This document shows, in pieces, positions 24,367-36,135 of a stretch of DNA of 64,000 nt. Both the position numbers and the translations under genes were made by a program. Each line of letters opens with the position of its first letter. The stretch's first letter is position 1. Below the pieces are notes generated by a model. That model saw only the letters and a list, made by a program, of their open reading frames with translations, made no database searches and was not told where the DNA came from. The stretch comes from Podarcis vaucheri (Eukaryota), in assembly GCA_965113315.1 (NCBI GenBank), contig OZ220368.1, one strand, 5' to 3'.

Positions 24367-25081
24367 ATGAAGACAGCATTCTTCATCCCCTCCACCCCTG
24401 CAAACATACAGCATAATCATTTAGCCAGGGTGCACACCCCATACAAAGTGGTAACCCTCAGGGACCATCTTTTTTATCTTACTTATTTAGTACACTAATA
24501 TTCTGCCTTTCCCCCATTATAGAACCCAAGGTAGTCTCACACCCAAGCACCAGTCAGACCCAAATCTACCTAGCTTCAGCAAGGTGGCTGCATCGTGTGC
24601 CACAGTGACAGCTGGTAGGGCAGAAGGCAGAGAGACCAACAGCAGGTGGAGTCAGAGCCAATGACAGACAGAGCCAACTTAAGTCTGCTTTTGTCCCCAT
24701 CCTTCTGCCTGCTGAGTTCTGTAAGTGAAATACTGAGACTAAGGAGGAGGAAGCTGACAAGGCAGCACCCCCTGCCTGGACTGGCTGTAAGCAGGAAGAC
24801 AGGTGGGGGTTGACTGAGGTCAGACTAAGATGGATGGAGCAATGCCCCATTCATCCTAAGGGAAAAGACTCCATTGCCCTCAGACCATGCCCTGAGATCT
24901 TGCTCCACCTTTACATGTACTTCTGTGAATTTCAAACCAGGCACCTAAACCACACTGTAAATTCGTATGAGGGAGAAGGATCCTATTTTTTGTAGCGGCT
25001 GGGGAAACAGAATATAAATAATAAATTTATTATGATGATGATGATTTGTAGGCCAAGGCACAGAGGAAGCATGGACTTCAC

Positions 25082-25246
25082 CTCCTTGCTGATGTCCACA
25101 TTATAATGCTCTGGCTCCAGCTCCATTTTGCGCAGACGTGCAATCTCCTCCCGAGGAGTCTCATACATCCTTCCAGAGTCCTCAGAGCGTAATGCTGCTT
25201 CCAGATCAGATATGTCCACCTCATGGATGCTGCGATGTCTGCGCAC
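25082..25246 (-). CDS. PLEKHA6: PLEKHA6 exon, 165 nt (VRRHRSIHEVDISDLEAALR...NVDISKE)
   Basis: ttctag| and GAG|gtgaag. Confidence 0.96.
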
Positions 25247-25806
25247 CTAGAACATATCATGCCCCCACCAACACACACATTAGAGTTGGGACGTGATAGA
25301 AATGCAGATCACTCTCCATAAGCACTTGCTGGTATTTTATATTTCATTCCTTGCCCGTTGCCTCCATCGTTTTCTCACCTGCCACACTCTAAGGCAGCCT
25401 TCCTTTGGTCATGCTGGCTGGGTCCAATGGGAATGGTCACTCAAAAGGTCAGTCAGAAGGCCGCTATGCTGGGAAAGGGCAGCTCTGTGGTCTTGCTCTC
25501 AAAGGTGGCAACTTTGTATTGTGGGCTGCCTTATACCAGGTGGGCAGACTCACATGGCTGAATCATCTCTACCATTGTGCAATTTTAGGTGCCAAGCCAA
25601 AACATTTTCATTTACCCAGGTCTTGGGAGAGTAGTTCGTTATGTCAGTGGGCTTTTTTTTTGTTTTTTTTGTAAGTGGAGGTGGGGGTAGGATTTGCTGC
25701 ATATCTGCTTTTAATGTCTTCGTAATTTATACAGTACTTGTGCAAGTCACTTTGTGACACCTTAGTGCAAAAATATAACTAATAAACAACAACAGGGATA
25801 CATTAC

Positions 25807-25992
25807 CACTTTGTAAGAGGCAGGTGCTTTAGAGAGAAGGCTGTCTGCCTGTTGCTGATTGGCTGGAAGCTGCAAGCTCCGCCTCTTCTCCTTCATAGAA
25901 CCACTTTGGTGGCGCTTCATGCGATCAATCTGCTCCTCTACGCTCATCTTTGCCTTCATTTCATTCGAAAATACTGCACTCTTTGGCCTGTC
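25807..25992 (-). CDS. PLEKHA6: PLEKHA6 exon, 186 nt (DRPKSAVFSNEMKAKMSVEEQIDRMKRHQSGS...SYKV)
   Basis: ccccag| and GTG|gtaatg. Confidence 0.96.
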
Positions 25993-26894
25993 CTGGGGAG
26001 ACACACACACACACACGAGCCTCGTGGGTATATATAGTGATGGGAAGAAGCTGGTTTATCTTGAGTAGGAAAATGCCCTGCTCAAAAATCTCCCCTGAAT
26101 TTCCCAATGTTATTATTCATAGACCTATACGTAACCTTTTTGGTTTCTGTTGTGAGGAGAAGAAGGGGCTCACTTGAGATATCAGGAGAGAAATACACAA
26201 ACATAGAAAGCTGCCTTACGCAGAGTCAGGCCTGCATACACACCATAAGCTTGCAGAACATGACTTCCCACAAAGGATCCTGGGAGCTGTAGTAAGTTAT
26301 GGGTGCTGGGAATAGTGGTGCTATGAGGGGTCTAGAATACCCAGAGTTGTTTGGAGGAAGCAATGTGTTTTAAATGTATGGTGCATATGCAACCCTAGCT
26401 GAATATTATCTATACATTCATTGGCAGTGACTCTCCAGGATTTCATACAGGGATCTCTCTCCATCCTACTGTACCACTGAGCTATTATGGCCCTTCAAGA
26501 TGGAGAGCCAAGGGATGGACAGCCACTAGGCAAAACAGTTTGGGGGAGGCAGGACGGGCAAAGTGAGTCTGAGAGATTGTGATTCTGAAAGGGGTGACAG
26601 ATTTGGGAGGAGAAAAGAGGAAGCAATTTAACAATCCATTGGCTGCGCTCTGCAGCTGCGGCTTTATTGCTGCTTGTGCATTTTTTGGGAACAGAACGGC
26701 AGTTACTGAGTGAAAAGAAAGGATGAGGAGAAAAGACAGATGTTGACTGACTTCAGCACCCTAGGGGAGAGTTTCCAGAGCACTGCAAGTGAAAGTTAAA
26801 TGCTAATCTAGTTAAGCCCCAGTGCTCTTTCCTGGCGACACTATCTTCGGAACAAAAGAGGAGAGTTGGTGTAATTCAGTGGCCAAGGGCAGAA

Positions 26895-27075
26895 GGGCTG
26901 TGGCTCAGTGGTGCAGAATGTGCTTTGCATGAAGAAGGTCCCAGGTTCGATTCCCAGCACTCTCAGGTACTACTGGGAGAGAACCCCACCTCAAATCCTG
27001 GAGAGCTGCTGCCAGCCAGTGTAGACAGCACTGAGCTAGATGGTGCAAATCAGTATAAAGCAGCTTCCAATGCTT
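26895..27075 (+). mobile_element. tRNA-derived SINE; related copies near 33875-34040(-), 36210-36400(+), 45675-45790(+), 56720-56830(-), 57505-57670(-)
   Basis: GGGCTGTGGCTCAGTGG...TTTGCATG..GAAGGTCCCAGGTTCGATTCCC. Confidence 0.7.
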
Positions 27076-27460
27076 CTAACTAGATATACAGTAGTGAGAA
27101 ACAAAAACAGCAGACTTGTCTCCCCACCTCTTCTCTACCTATTAAGGCCTCATAAAAAGGAAAGGAGGAGAGATGGGATGTCACTGCATTCTTTCAAGCA
27201 GCAGCCAAGGGAGTGCACCACCGTTTGAGCAGCAGCCATGTCTTGCCTCTTCCTAAGAGCCTGGGATAGGAAGATCCCTGTTCAAACCTTAACTCTAAAG
27301 CCATCAATTGACTTAGCTCTAAGGAAGCCATATTCTCTCTGCCCTCTAGCCCTTATTTGCAATAAGGGGGATCATAGCAACACTGACCTACCTCATAGGG
27401 TTGTCATAAAGATCGTAGGAATTGTGTATACAAACTCCTTTCAATGCTCAAAAAGCAACA

Positions 27461-27701
27461 CAGTAGAACTTTGATTGTCAAATGCTCCGGAAGTCAAACA
27501 TTTCAGTTTTCGAATGCCAACAACCCAGAAGTGAATGCTTCCATTTTCAAACATGCCTCGGAAGTCGAATGGCTTCCAAGGCATGTTTCTCCATTTTTTC
27601 AATGGATTTTGCTAACCAGAAATTGTGCCTCAGTTGTCAAATGTTTTGGAAGTCAAACGGTCTTCCGGAACTGATTGCATTCAACAACCAAGGTTCCACT
27701 G
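27461..27701. mobile_element. Tc1/mariner-type MITE (older)
   Basis: CAGTAGAACTTTGATTGTC...ACAACCAAGGTTCCACTG-TA. Confidence 0.7.
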
Positions 27702-28601
27702 TATATCCTTGACTGGTATTCCTCCCCTCTGAATATTAAAGTTCTCTTGCCATCTATGCAGAGGAGGGGTGGTTTGCTTTGTGGGCTCAGTGCCCAATGC
27801 CGCATGCCCACTGGCTCTGCTTATGCCCTCCTTGCATTAGGCAAGCTTCTGAGGCAGATGCCAGCTGTGCTTGCGAAGTCTCCTCCTCACAATCAGAAGA
27901 CCTGTGTGATCATACAGAGGAACGGACACAATGACATCTAGCTTACCTTTAGAGCTTTGCTCATAGTGCAAAGGTGGGGCAGGGAGATCTTTTCCAGTCT
28001 CTGGGGTCCATTTTATGTTGGTTTTTAAAAAACATTTACTTGGTTGTTCTTGTGCTGCTTTTAAAAATTATTCTAGCTGCTTTTAAGGATATGTCAGTAA
28101 ATTGTCTTGGGACATATATGTGGAAGGCAATTCACAAGTGAATAGATAATACCAATCTTTTTATGAGCTTTTTGCTGCTGTTTCTAAACTTTTGCAACTT
28201 TTCCAAAACATGAGAAGAGGTGAAAGAGCTGTGATTAGGATCTCCTCTCCAGCTACTAACAGGAACAGCACCAGGACTTGTCTAGTACGTGTCTCTTCCC
28301 CCAGGGTGTGTCTATGCGTGCGCAAGTGTTCGAGATTTACATCAAGGAAAAGGCATGGGGTGTGTGGAGAGAAAGGCTAAACACCCTATCTAAAATTGCC
28401 ATGCCCCTTCAAAGCAGCCCCAAGGTGTTCTAACTAGTAAATCAAAACAAAAAAGGAGACTATAACCTGAGATCTTCTTAAATTCCTCTCCCACCCTCCT
28501 GCTCCTTTCCCATCTTAGCAAGCTGCATAACCCTCTCTGTATGGCCTCAATCCCTCTGATGGTAATTATAATTAGGAAAAGACAGCAGAATTTGATCTTA
28601 C

Positions 28602-28711
28602 CCGGGCATTCAGCCCATTGGCTAAGTTGCTGGCACCCCTCCGCACCACACCTGACATGGGGATGGCGTCATCATCCATGGGTGATTTGGTCCTTGGGGG
28701 AACAATGCCAA
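28602..28711 (-). CDS. PLEKHA6: PLEKHA6 exon, 110 nt (VGIVPPRTKSPMDDDAIPMSGVVRRGASNLANGLNAR)
   Basis: taccag| and CGG|gtaaga; phase 1/0. Confidence 0.95.
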
Positions 28712-29742
28712 CTGGTAGAATGCAGAGGAGAGGGAAAGGTGTTTCATCAGCAAGAAGCAAAAAGTCAAGTTTCTAGCAATGGCAATAGGTATGGAAAGAC
28801 ATAACCATGTTTTCTTTATTTGGGACACCATGGCCCTTTGATTGCAAGGAGAGATGGCTTCCCACATCCACCCAAAGATTAAAAAACCTACATTATTTTC
28901 AGATACCAAGAGGCTGGAACAGCAGGATTTGACAGCCACAACTTTCACTGAAAATGCTGCTTCTAAGTATTTTTTATGCCACATTTTTCAGTTGCATACA
29001 GCTACACACAAGGCTGTTTATATCAGAACACTGTAATATCATACTACACAACAACTAGTTATATTGAAATTAAACAGAAGTGTAAGAGACTTGTATCTAG
29101 AGATGAAGCAAGCTCATAGGCCCATTACATCTTTAATAGTTTTGTAGATATGGAAGTTTGGATGGGTGCAGCTTGTCATATCATAGGACCAGTGGGGTGA
29201 GCCAAGCTGCACCTGTCAAAATTCCTTCTTCCAAACATCCGAAGATGCAGGAGCCTTGTCCCACACTGCACCTGGTCATCTCCGTGGGAAAGAGCAGAAG
29301 AGTGCTAATGGTGTTGACCACACATCTGTGTCCTTCCAGATTTCAACAGCAGCCTGCACTAGAAATGTACTGTTGTAGTGAAGCTGCTTTTGCATCTATT
29401 AACACTAAATTGCCATCATTCCTAAGCCCATCTTAATGGACCATAATGGAAATGGAAGCTTTATTCTTTGAATATACTTCCTCCTTGAGTCCCATTAAAA
29501 ACAAAAGAGGAGTCTTGCTGGGTCAGACCAAAAGTCCACCCACAACTGCTTCCCACAGTTGACAACCAAATGCCCACAAGGAAGTCCACAAGCAGGCCAT
29601 AAGGGCAACAATATGGAGCAGATCTATCCATACAATCTATCTGCCAGTCAGGAGGACTACTCAATAGACAGGTTGTCTGGAGGAGTCCTAATCAGTAAGC
29701 CAAATCAGGTCCCCTCCCAGGATGCACATTGTTTGCCAGTAC

Positions 29743-29872
29743 CTTTGTTGAGAGCAACTTGCTTATCAGCATCCGGGTCTTGCCTTGTCTGCAAGAGACC
29801 AGCCTCTACAGCAGAATTTGAGGCTGACGTCCGGTGATGGTCCTTCTTGTTCTGCTCAAAGCTGGACTTGGA
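29743..29872 (-). CDS. PLEKHA6: PLEKHA6 exon, 130 nt (SKSSFEQNKKDHHR...DKQVALNK)
   Basis: ccacag| and G|gtactg; similar to human PKANYEQSKKD...EKQAALNK. Confidence 0.92.
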
Positions 29873-32596
29873 CTGTGGGGGCAAATACAATTCCCTGTGA
29901 GGAACTGCAAGGGAAGCTGAAGAGAGGTCCTGTCTCCAAACAGCTGCCACTTTCCTTAACTACACAGGATTTCAGACACAGACAAACACACATGCCAAAA
30001 ATGAACAGAAATGCCCACACAGAAACAGTGAAAGGAAGCAGTAATCAGAAGAAGCACCTTTGCCCCCTGCCCATCATCCAAAAATGACCCCAAGGAGTGT
30101 CCAATGCCCAAGAACCAATCAGCTGGAGAAATTGGGGCAAATTCATGCTCAACTCAAATTTGAAGAACCAAAAGCAAATCAAAGGTGTGGTGGTTCAGCG
30201 CACACTGTATCCAAAGCACTGGCATTTGGGAACAAAGATCAGTGGATTTTTTGTGCTTCTATCTCAAAATAGTGGTGCTTAACACAGTCCCAGCCTTCCA
30301 GAGTTTTTCTTATCTGTGGATAAGATTTCCACTGTTGTTGTTGTTTTGTTCAATTGACAGGCAAGCCTATATGAGCCAACAGTCCAAGTAGAAATGGTAC
30401 CAACAGCTTAGGTACAAGGTTTGTCTCCATCCCATCTACTCCTATTGCTAGCAGGATGCAGACATTTAGGGTATAAGTATTGGTGAAGGAAGCTAATTAC
30501 ATAAGCTGCCGTCACCACTCCACTGAATTGGAGACTCAAAACCATACAAGAGCAACAGAGCTTTGGAAAATCATTGCCCCCTTGATCAGAAAATATGCAA
30601 CAGCTTGAAGAAGTGTTTCCCCACCCCCACCCCTTCCTCTGGGAAAGATGGGCATTTTAACATTGGTGACGAAACCTCCCCAAGTCCCTCTCCTTCTGCT
30701 TCATCTCAAGAGCATCTCTGTGGGCAATCTCTGCTATTAACACAGATGACTATCACAGGGGATGAATGCAGGGAAGGGAAAGGACAATAGAAGTAAAACC
30801 ACAGCGAGGAATGGCAGAATGAGCCAGAGCAGTTGCAACCATTATATTGGTCCCTTGCACCAAACAGCCTTTCTGTCAGCCTGGGCATTTTATGTACATC
30901 ATAATGAACTCTGTATGTGGGCCTCTGTTACAACATAAACACCCAGAATAAAAGGTATGAGTCTCTGTGCATTTTGTGCTGAACTTCTAGGCAGTAAAAT
31001 GTTTGAGGGTTCTATTTTAATCTGGTCCAGAGTGAACATTTGACTCACTTCTCTCTTGTATCACAATAGCATCCAATTCTTGATAAGTTCATAGGAATGA
31101 CTTAATCCTATAATGGCAACTTTATCCATGGTCACCAGTAGGCCATGTTTTAAAACTTGAGGTTAGTTTTATTACTATGATTGGGGGGAAAATGCTTTGG
31201 GTTTGAGGAAAAAAAGCACCCGCCTTTTAGAAAATACAACAACCACCTTAATTCCTCATTTTAATTTCTTAATTCTTTATATGGCCTTGCCCTAAACTTT
31301 GCTGCCGCTGTCTGACTTTTGGGATGCGCAGAACCTGTGAAATTCCACTTGGGGAAAAGCAAAGGCGGCTTTGAAGCGAGAGCAGCAGGAGGCTTGGAGG
31401 TTTTCTTCCCCCACCTACTTTGCAACTGACCTATAATGGTTGCTTCCCCCCCAACCAGCTCTTATGAGATCCCAATGGCATGATATCCCCTCTCAACATG
31501 GGAGATGAAAAACCAGCTCAGCAGCTTTAAAACATTTCCACTACCTTCCTGGGGTTTAACACGGATCAGATTCTGCTTGGTGGAGATGTGAAACCTTTGC
31601 AGATATTAATCCAAGGTTATCTTACAAACTAAGTAGAGAGTTACTCTCTGAGGAACGTGTCATTGTTCATGATATTCTTGTGGACTGATGTATTTTGTAT
31701 ATCATTTTCCCACTGGGCAAAGAGGCCCACAAGCCACAGGATACTTGGCTATCAGTATAAATATAGGCCACAATCAATTGCGGCCACAGAATTGCAATCT
31801 AAGGCTGGAGGCAGACAGTAATTTTTGAGAGAGATGAAGGGAGTCTGACAGAGGCATTGCTTTGCATGTACATTTAATAGTTCTTTTGTCTCATTATTGC
31901 CACTGGTCAAAAAGGTTTCACAGGTTTTTGAGTTGTTTAAAAAACCCGCAAAACCACTTCACCAAAAGCAAACACCAGTTAAGGAAGCACACCAAGCAGC
32001 AATTTCTCTTTCAAGATGGCTTCAGCTCTCTGAAGGAAAGAAAAGAAAAAATATTGTGTGTCTCCAGCCTAAGTCTCTGATTTGAAATCTGTGTCCCACT
32101 CTTGTCTTCTGTTCTCATCCATCATTAGGGTATATCACAACCTGCCATTGAGAGGATGTAGCTCCTGACATTCTCAAAAAGGCAAATTGCCCCAAAGGCT
32201 GTTTGGCAGATGACATTTTTCATACCTAGGCAAAATCTACACGTAGGAAAAATATCATGTAATGGGCTTCAGGGAGCATAGGTTGCTTGAGAAAGATGAC
32301 TGGTTAACCATCCGGCTAGGAGCAGCTGGTGGGGAGAGGTGGTAGTGCTGTGGTCCTGGTCTCCGGGCACCAGTCCCATTACCATGTACCAGGATGGTGA
32401 AAGGGTTGGGCAGTGTGGGTTCACCTGTACTGCACTGCCTAACCCTAGCCCTGCGCTGTTGCAGGACACGACAATGACACAGCATGGCTCCTCCCCACAA
32501 GCTGCTCCCGCACCTGGCTCCACATCCCTCCCCAGTTCCAGGTGAGTGTGGCAAAGGATAGAGCATGCCTCCAGCTCTCAAACTCCATTTTGATAC

Positions 32597-32746
32597 CTGT
32601 CCCCTCTTCGCCTCGCTGCTTTGCTGCCAGGAAGGGGAGTTAGGATACGGCCAGAGGCGGCTTTCGGTAGGGAGCGGAGGGACAGTCGGAGGAGATTCCA
32701 AGGGCACATATGATTTGGGGAGGGGAGGTCGAGGTGGACCGGGCTC
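32597..32746 (-). CDS. PLEKHA6: PLEKHA6 proline-rich cassette exon, 150 nt (EPGPPRPPLPKSYVPLESPPTVPPLPTESRLWPYPNSPSWQQSSEAKRGQ)
   Basis: cttcag| and CAG|gtatca, phase 0/0; absent from the canonical human isoform as I recall it. Confidence 0.88.
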
Positions 32747-35265
32747 CTGAAGTGGAGAGGAAGCCGAGAAGTGTTAGGAGTAAGAGCAGAGAAACTGTGA
32801 GAAGGGGAAGGAAAAGAGAATTAGTGAGACAAAGACTCCAACAGAGACAGGTGTTACACCCAGGACAGGGCACAGCTGCAACCGAGCACCCAGGAGCCCC
32901 GATGCCAAATGGCCGGCCTCTCTCTTCATGCTGGGCAACCCAACATCAAGCCACGCAAGCCTGGGATGAGCCTGGTGTTACTGGACCAAAGGCGCAAACT
33001 GCGAGGGAACTTTCAGCCGCTTCCAAAATATCTGCCATTTCAAAAAATAAGAATGCACATTGTCCAAAATGCAGATATTTTATGATCCTTGCAGTCTGCT
33101 GCTTGCCCCACAATGTGAACTTATATCTATAGACACAACTGCTGTAGGTTTGAATGACCCAATGGTGATTGCATACGTGCTGAAATCCCAAGGTTTCGGG
33201 AACACAGAAAATGATACCCCCCAAAACATGCATGGGGGTGGAACATGAGTGGGTCTGGGGTTGATGGTTGATTTGGGGCTGAAATTTAGGTTCAATGACA
33301 GATGGTGCCAGAGCGACCAAAAAATAAAGATACCCATCCATTGGCTATTTCCCTCATTGCATTTGGTCATTTGTACAAGTTGGAATACGATATGCCAGTA
33401 TCTGCAATGCCTTTTATAGGCATGGAAGTAGCATAGGAAGTACCATATATAATTGTCCAATGCCTTTTGACTCAATTTATTGGATCAGACTTCTATTTAG
33501 GATGGCCAGAGGTTGTAGCAGTAAAAGAAGTTGCTAATCTCCCACCGACTCATAACTACTGAAACTGAATCATTCCAAAGTTTTAGGATGCTTGAAGTAT
33601 CCCAGCCTAAGGTGCGTGTCAGCTGCTGTCATATCTGAGCACCTTGCCATTTTTATGTGCATCACGTGAAGACCAATTCACATTGCATCTTAAGGCAGCT
33701 ATCACTACATGGAGAGTTGCTTGTGTAGCAGCTTTTCTCTGTGCTATCAATCTTCTTCTTTAAAATAGTTGCTGATGTGGCATTGAGATGAATGGCTCAC
33801 AAAGGCTGTGCCCACATTATTTCCCCCCACCCGAAAAAACACACACAATAGGAGCAATTTCACCAGGAAAATATAATGCTGCTCGATACCGAATCAGACC
33901 ATCGGTCATTCTAGCTCAATATTGGTAGCAGTTTTCGAGGGTTTCAGACAGGCGTTCTTGCCAGCCCTTCCTGGTGATGCCAGGGCTTGAACCTGGGACT
34001 TTGTGAATGCCAAGCAGATTCTCTATCAATGAGCTATGGCCCTTGCCTAATGCTCTGCAATGATACCAGCAATGATTCAGGATTAGTAACTCGATAAGTG
34101 AGCAGACATAATGGAAGAAGGGAGGGAGTCTTGTTGCAGAGTAAAAAGCCTTCAAATAATTATCCTAATTGCTCATTGCCACAGTTTCCCAAATAAAAGC
34201 CAGCGGAGCAGTGAAAGTGGCTATATCATCTATCACATAATTCAGTCTACTTGAGGGGTTGTCTTACCCCTATGTGTCCACCTGACTGCTTTGATCTGCA
34301 TAAAGGCCACTTTTATAAGTGTCACATAACAGGTATTTTGCTCTTGCAAAGAACTGGTCCTTTAGAGCAGCAGTGCCTACTCTCTGTAGTGGGCAAGAAC
34401 GCCTGTGGTACTGTATTCAGCACCAGCTTAAACCTTTTTTTGTTTAGGCAAGTCTGCCTCGAAGTGCGCACACTGCATTGTGCACATTTGTTTCAACACT
34501 ACTGATTTTATCTATATTTTGATCTATTTTACGTCAGTTAATTTTACAGTTTGGTTTTAGTAGTATTTTCTTATGTATATTTTAAATTGTGTTATGTAAA
34601 CCGCTTAGAGATTTTTGTTGATTAATCAATATACAAATCCTGTTAAATAAATAAGTATAATGATCAGCTTTGGGTCTTTTGATTCTAAATGATTTTTTTT
34701 AAAAAGGTGAGCACAAGCACAAATTGTGTTAAATTTTAATGGGTGCTGCAGGTGATTGGCCTGCTGTATCAGAGTGCCAGTTACCTGGAATCTATACTTC
34801 AAGTTGCCAATCCCTTTGCTGAATACTTATAGTCTTGAAACTAGAAGGATCAACACAGCTACAAGAATATCAAATGAGTAAGGTTAGCGCTACCCTGCTC
34901 TACCAACCTTTTCTTTATCTCCCCTCCTATTGCATATCTTCGTTTAGAACTACTATTCCAACTGGGAGCAGGGGGACTGGAAGTCTGGAAGCACCCAGAG
35001 TTTCAAGGTGTTTAAGCCAATATTACGATCTTTAAATGGTTGGGTCTATTGCCAGGGTCCCTTCGACTTTCCTCTGAAAAAAATGTATTGCAGCCTCCAT
35101 CACCCACGCCAGAGCAAGGCCTGGGTTGCCACCTACTGGTGGAACGATAATCCTGGAAACAGAAGTGTTACGAGAGCATCTTGGCCACGACTGGGAACAC
35201 TTCCCCCTCTCCCATTTTGCTGCATCTTCATTCAGGCTGCCCTGGGCAATGATAAATTTGCTCAC

Positions 35266-35405
35266 CTCGTTGCTGCCTTGCTTAGTAGGGGAGCTCTGGG
35301 ATCCCGACACAAGAGAGAAAGGGCTCAGGGGGCTGGTGAGGCTGGCTGAGCTCAAAGGGCTGGCTGGGCTGTTGGAGCTGTAGGTTCCTGATGGGCCAAG
35401 GGATA
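35266..35405 (-). CDS. PLEKHA6: PLEKHA6 exon, 140 nt (VSLGPSGTYSSNSPASPLSSASLTSPLSPFSLVSGSQSSPTKQGSNE)
   Basis: ccgcag| and GAG|gtgagc; phase 1/0. Confidence 0.96.
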
Positions 35406-36023
35406 CTGCGGAAAAATAACACGGAAAAGGTAAGCCATTCATGCAAACCAACTGATGGATGGATCAGCAGGAAAGGGACCACCTAGAGAGGCCAATGGAA
35501 AGTGTGTGTGTGGTGGAGGGAGGAATTGAACCTTCCTTGACAGATCTGTAAAGAAAGGAAAGTACCCTTTAAAAAGTTATGATGGTATTGGTCCTGATAT
35601 AGGACCAATGACTACTTGTGCCAACTCCAGACTGATGCAGAGACTGTCCTGCCCTCCTGCACCTATGTCCTGGTTGTCATGCTACTGGCACATGGACTGG
35701 TGTGGTTTATGGCAAAGGGAGCTGTAGGGTCCCTTCCAACTCTATGATTCTACAAAACTCTTGCTGATGCACAGCCAATTACACAGCAATCTACCATTAG
35801 TTCCTGATCTATCTTCTGCTTACCCCTGGTCTAAATGACAGTGCCACTCTTCAAATAGATTGCAATAAATGACACTCCTATCCTGGTTGCAAAACATTTC
35901 CAGGTGGCAGATAGCAAATTTTGGGTGTACGCATTGTGGAAGGAGTGGCAGATATTGAGATAAGAAGCCAATACTTCTGCCTGCGACTCCAAAGAGCCTG
36001 CAAATAAAAGGCGTTGCACTTAC

Positions 36024-36135
36024 CCCTATGCTTTGCTGTGTCTGTGCCCCGGGATGGGTTGTTCTTCCTCAGCCCCTCCATCACATCCTGGATCCGCCAG
36101 ATCTCCTTCTGGATTTGCCGGTTGAGCATTTCATT
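36024..36135 (-). CDS. PLEKHA6: PLEKHA6 exon, 112 nt (NEMLNRQIQKEIWRIQDVMEGLRKNNPSRGTDTAKHR)
   Basis: tttcag| and G|gtaagt; phase 0/1. Confidence 0.96.

Noticed and set aside
23992-24498. 168-aa ORF with poly-K and poly-S
   Set aside because: Read-through of a (GAA)n(GTA)n microsatellite and an antisense SINE
31316-31333. cag|GTTCTGCGCATCCCAAAA|gtcaga possible 18-nt exon
   Set aside because: Weak donor and interrupted pyrimidine tract; no supporting motifs
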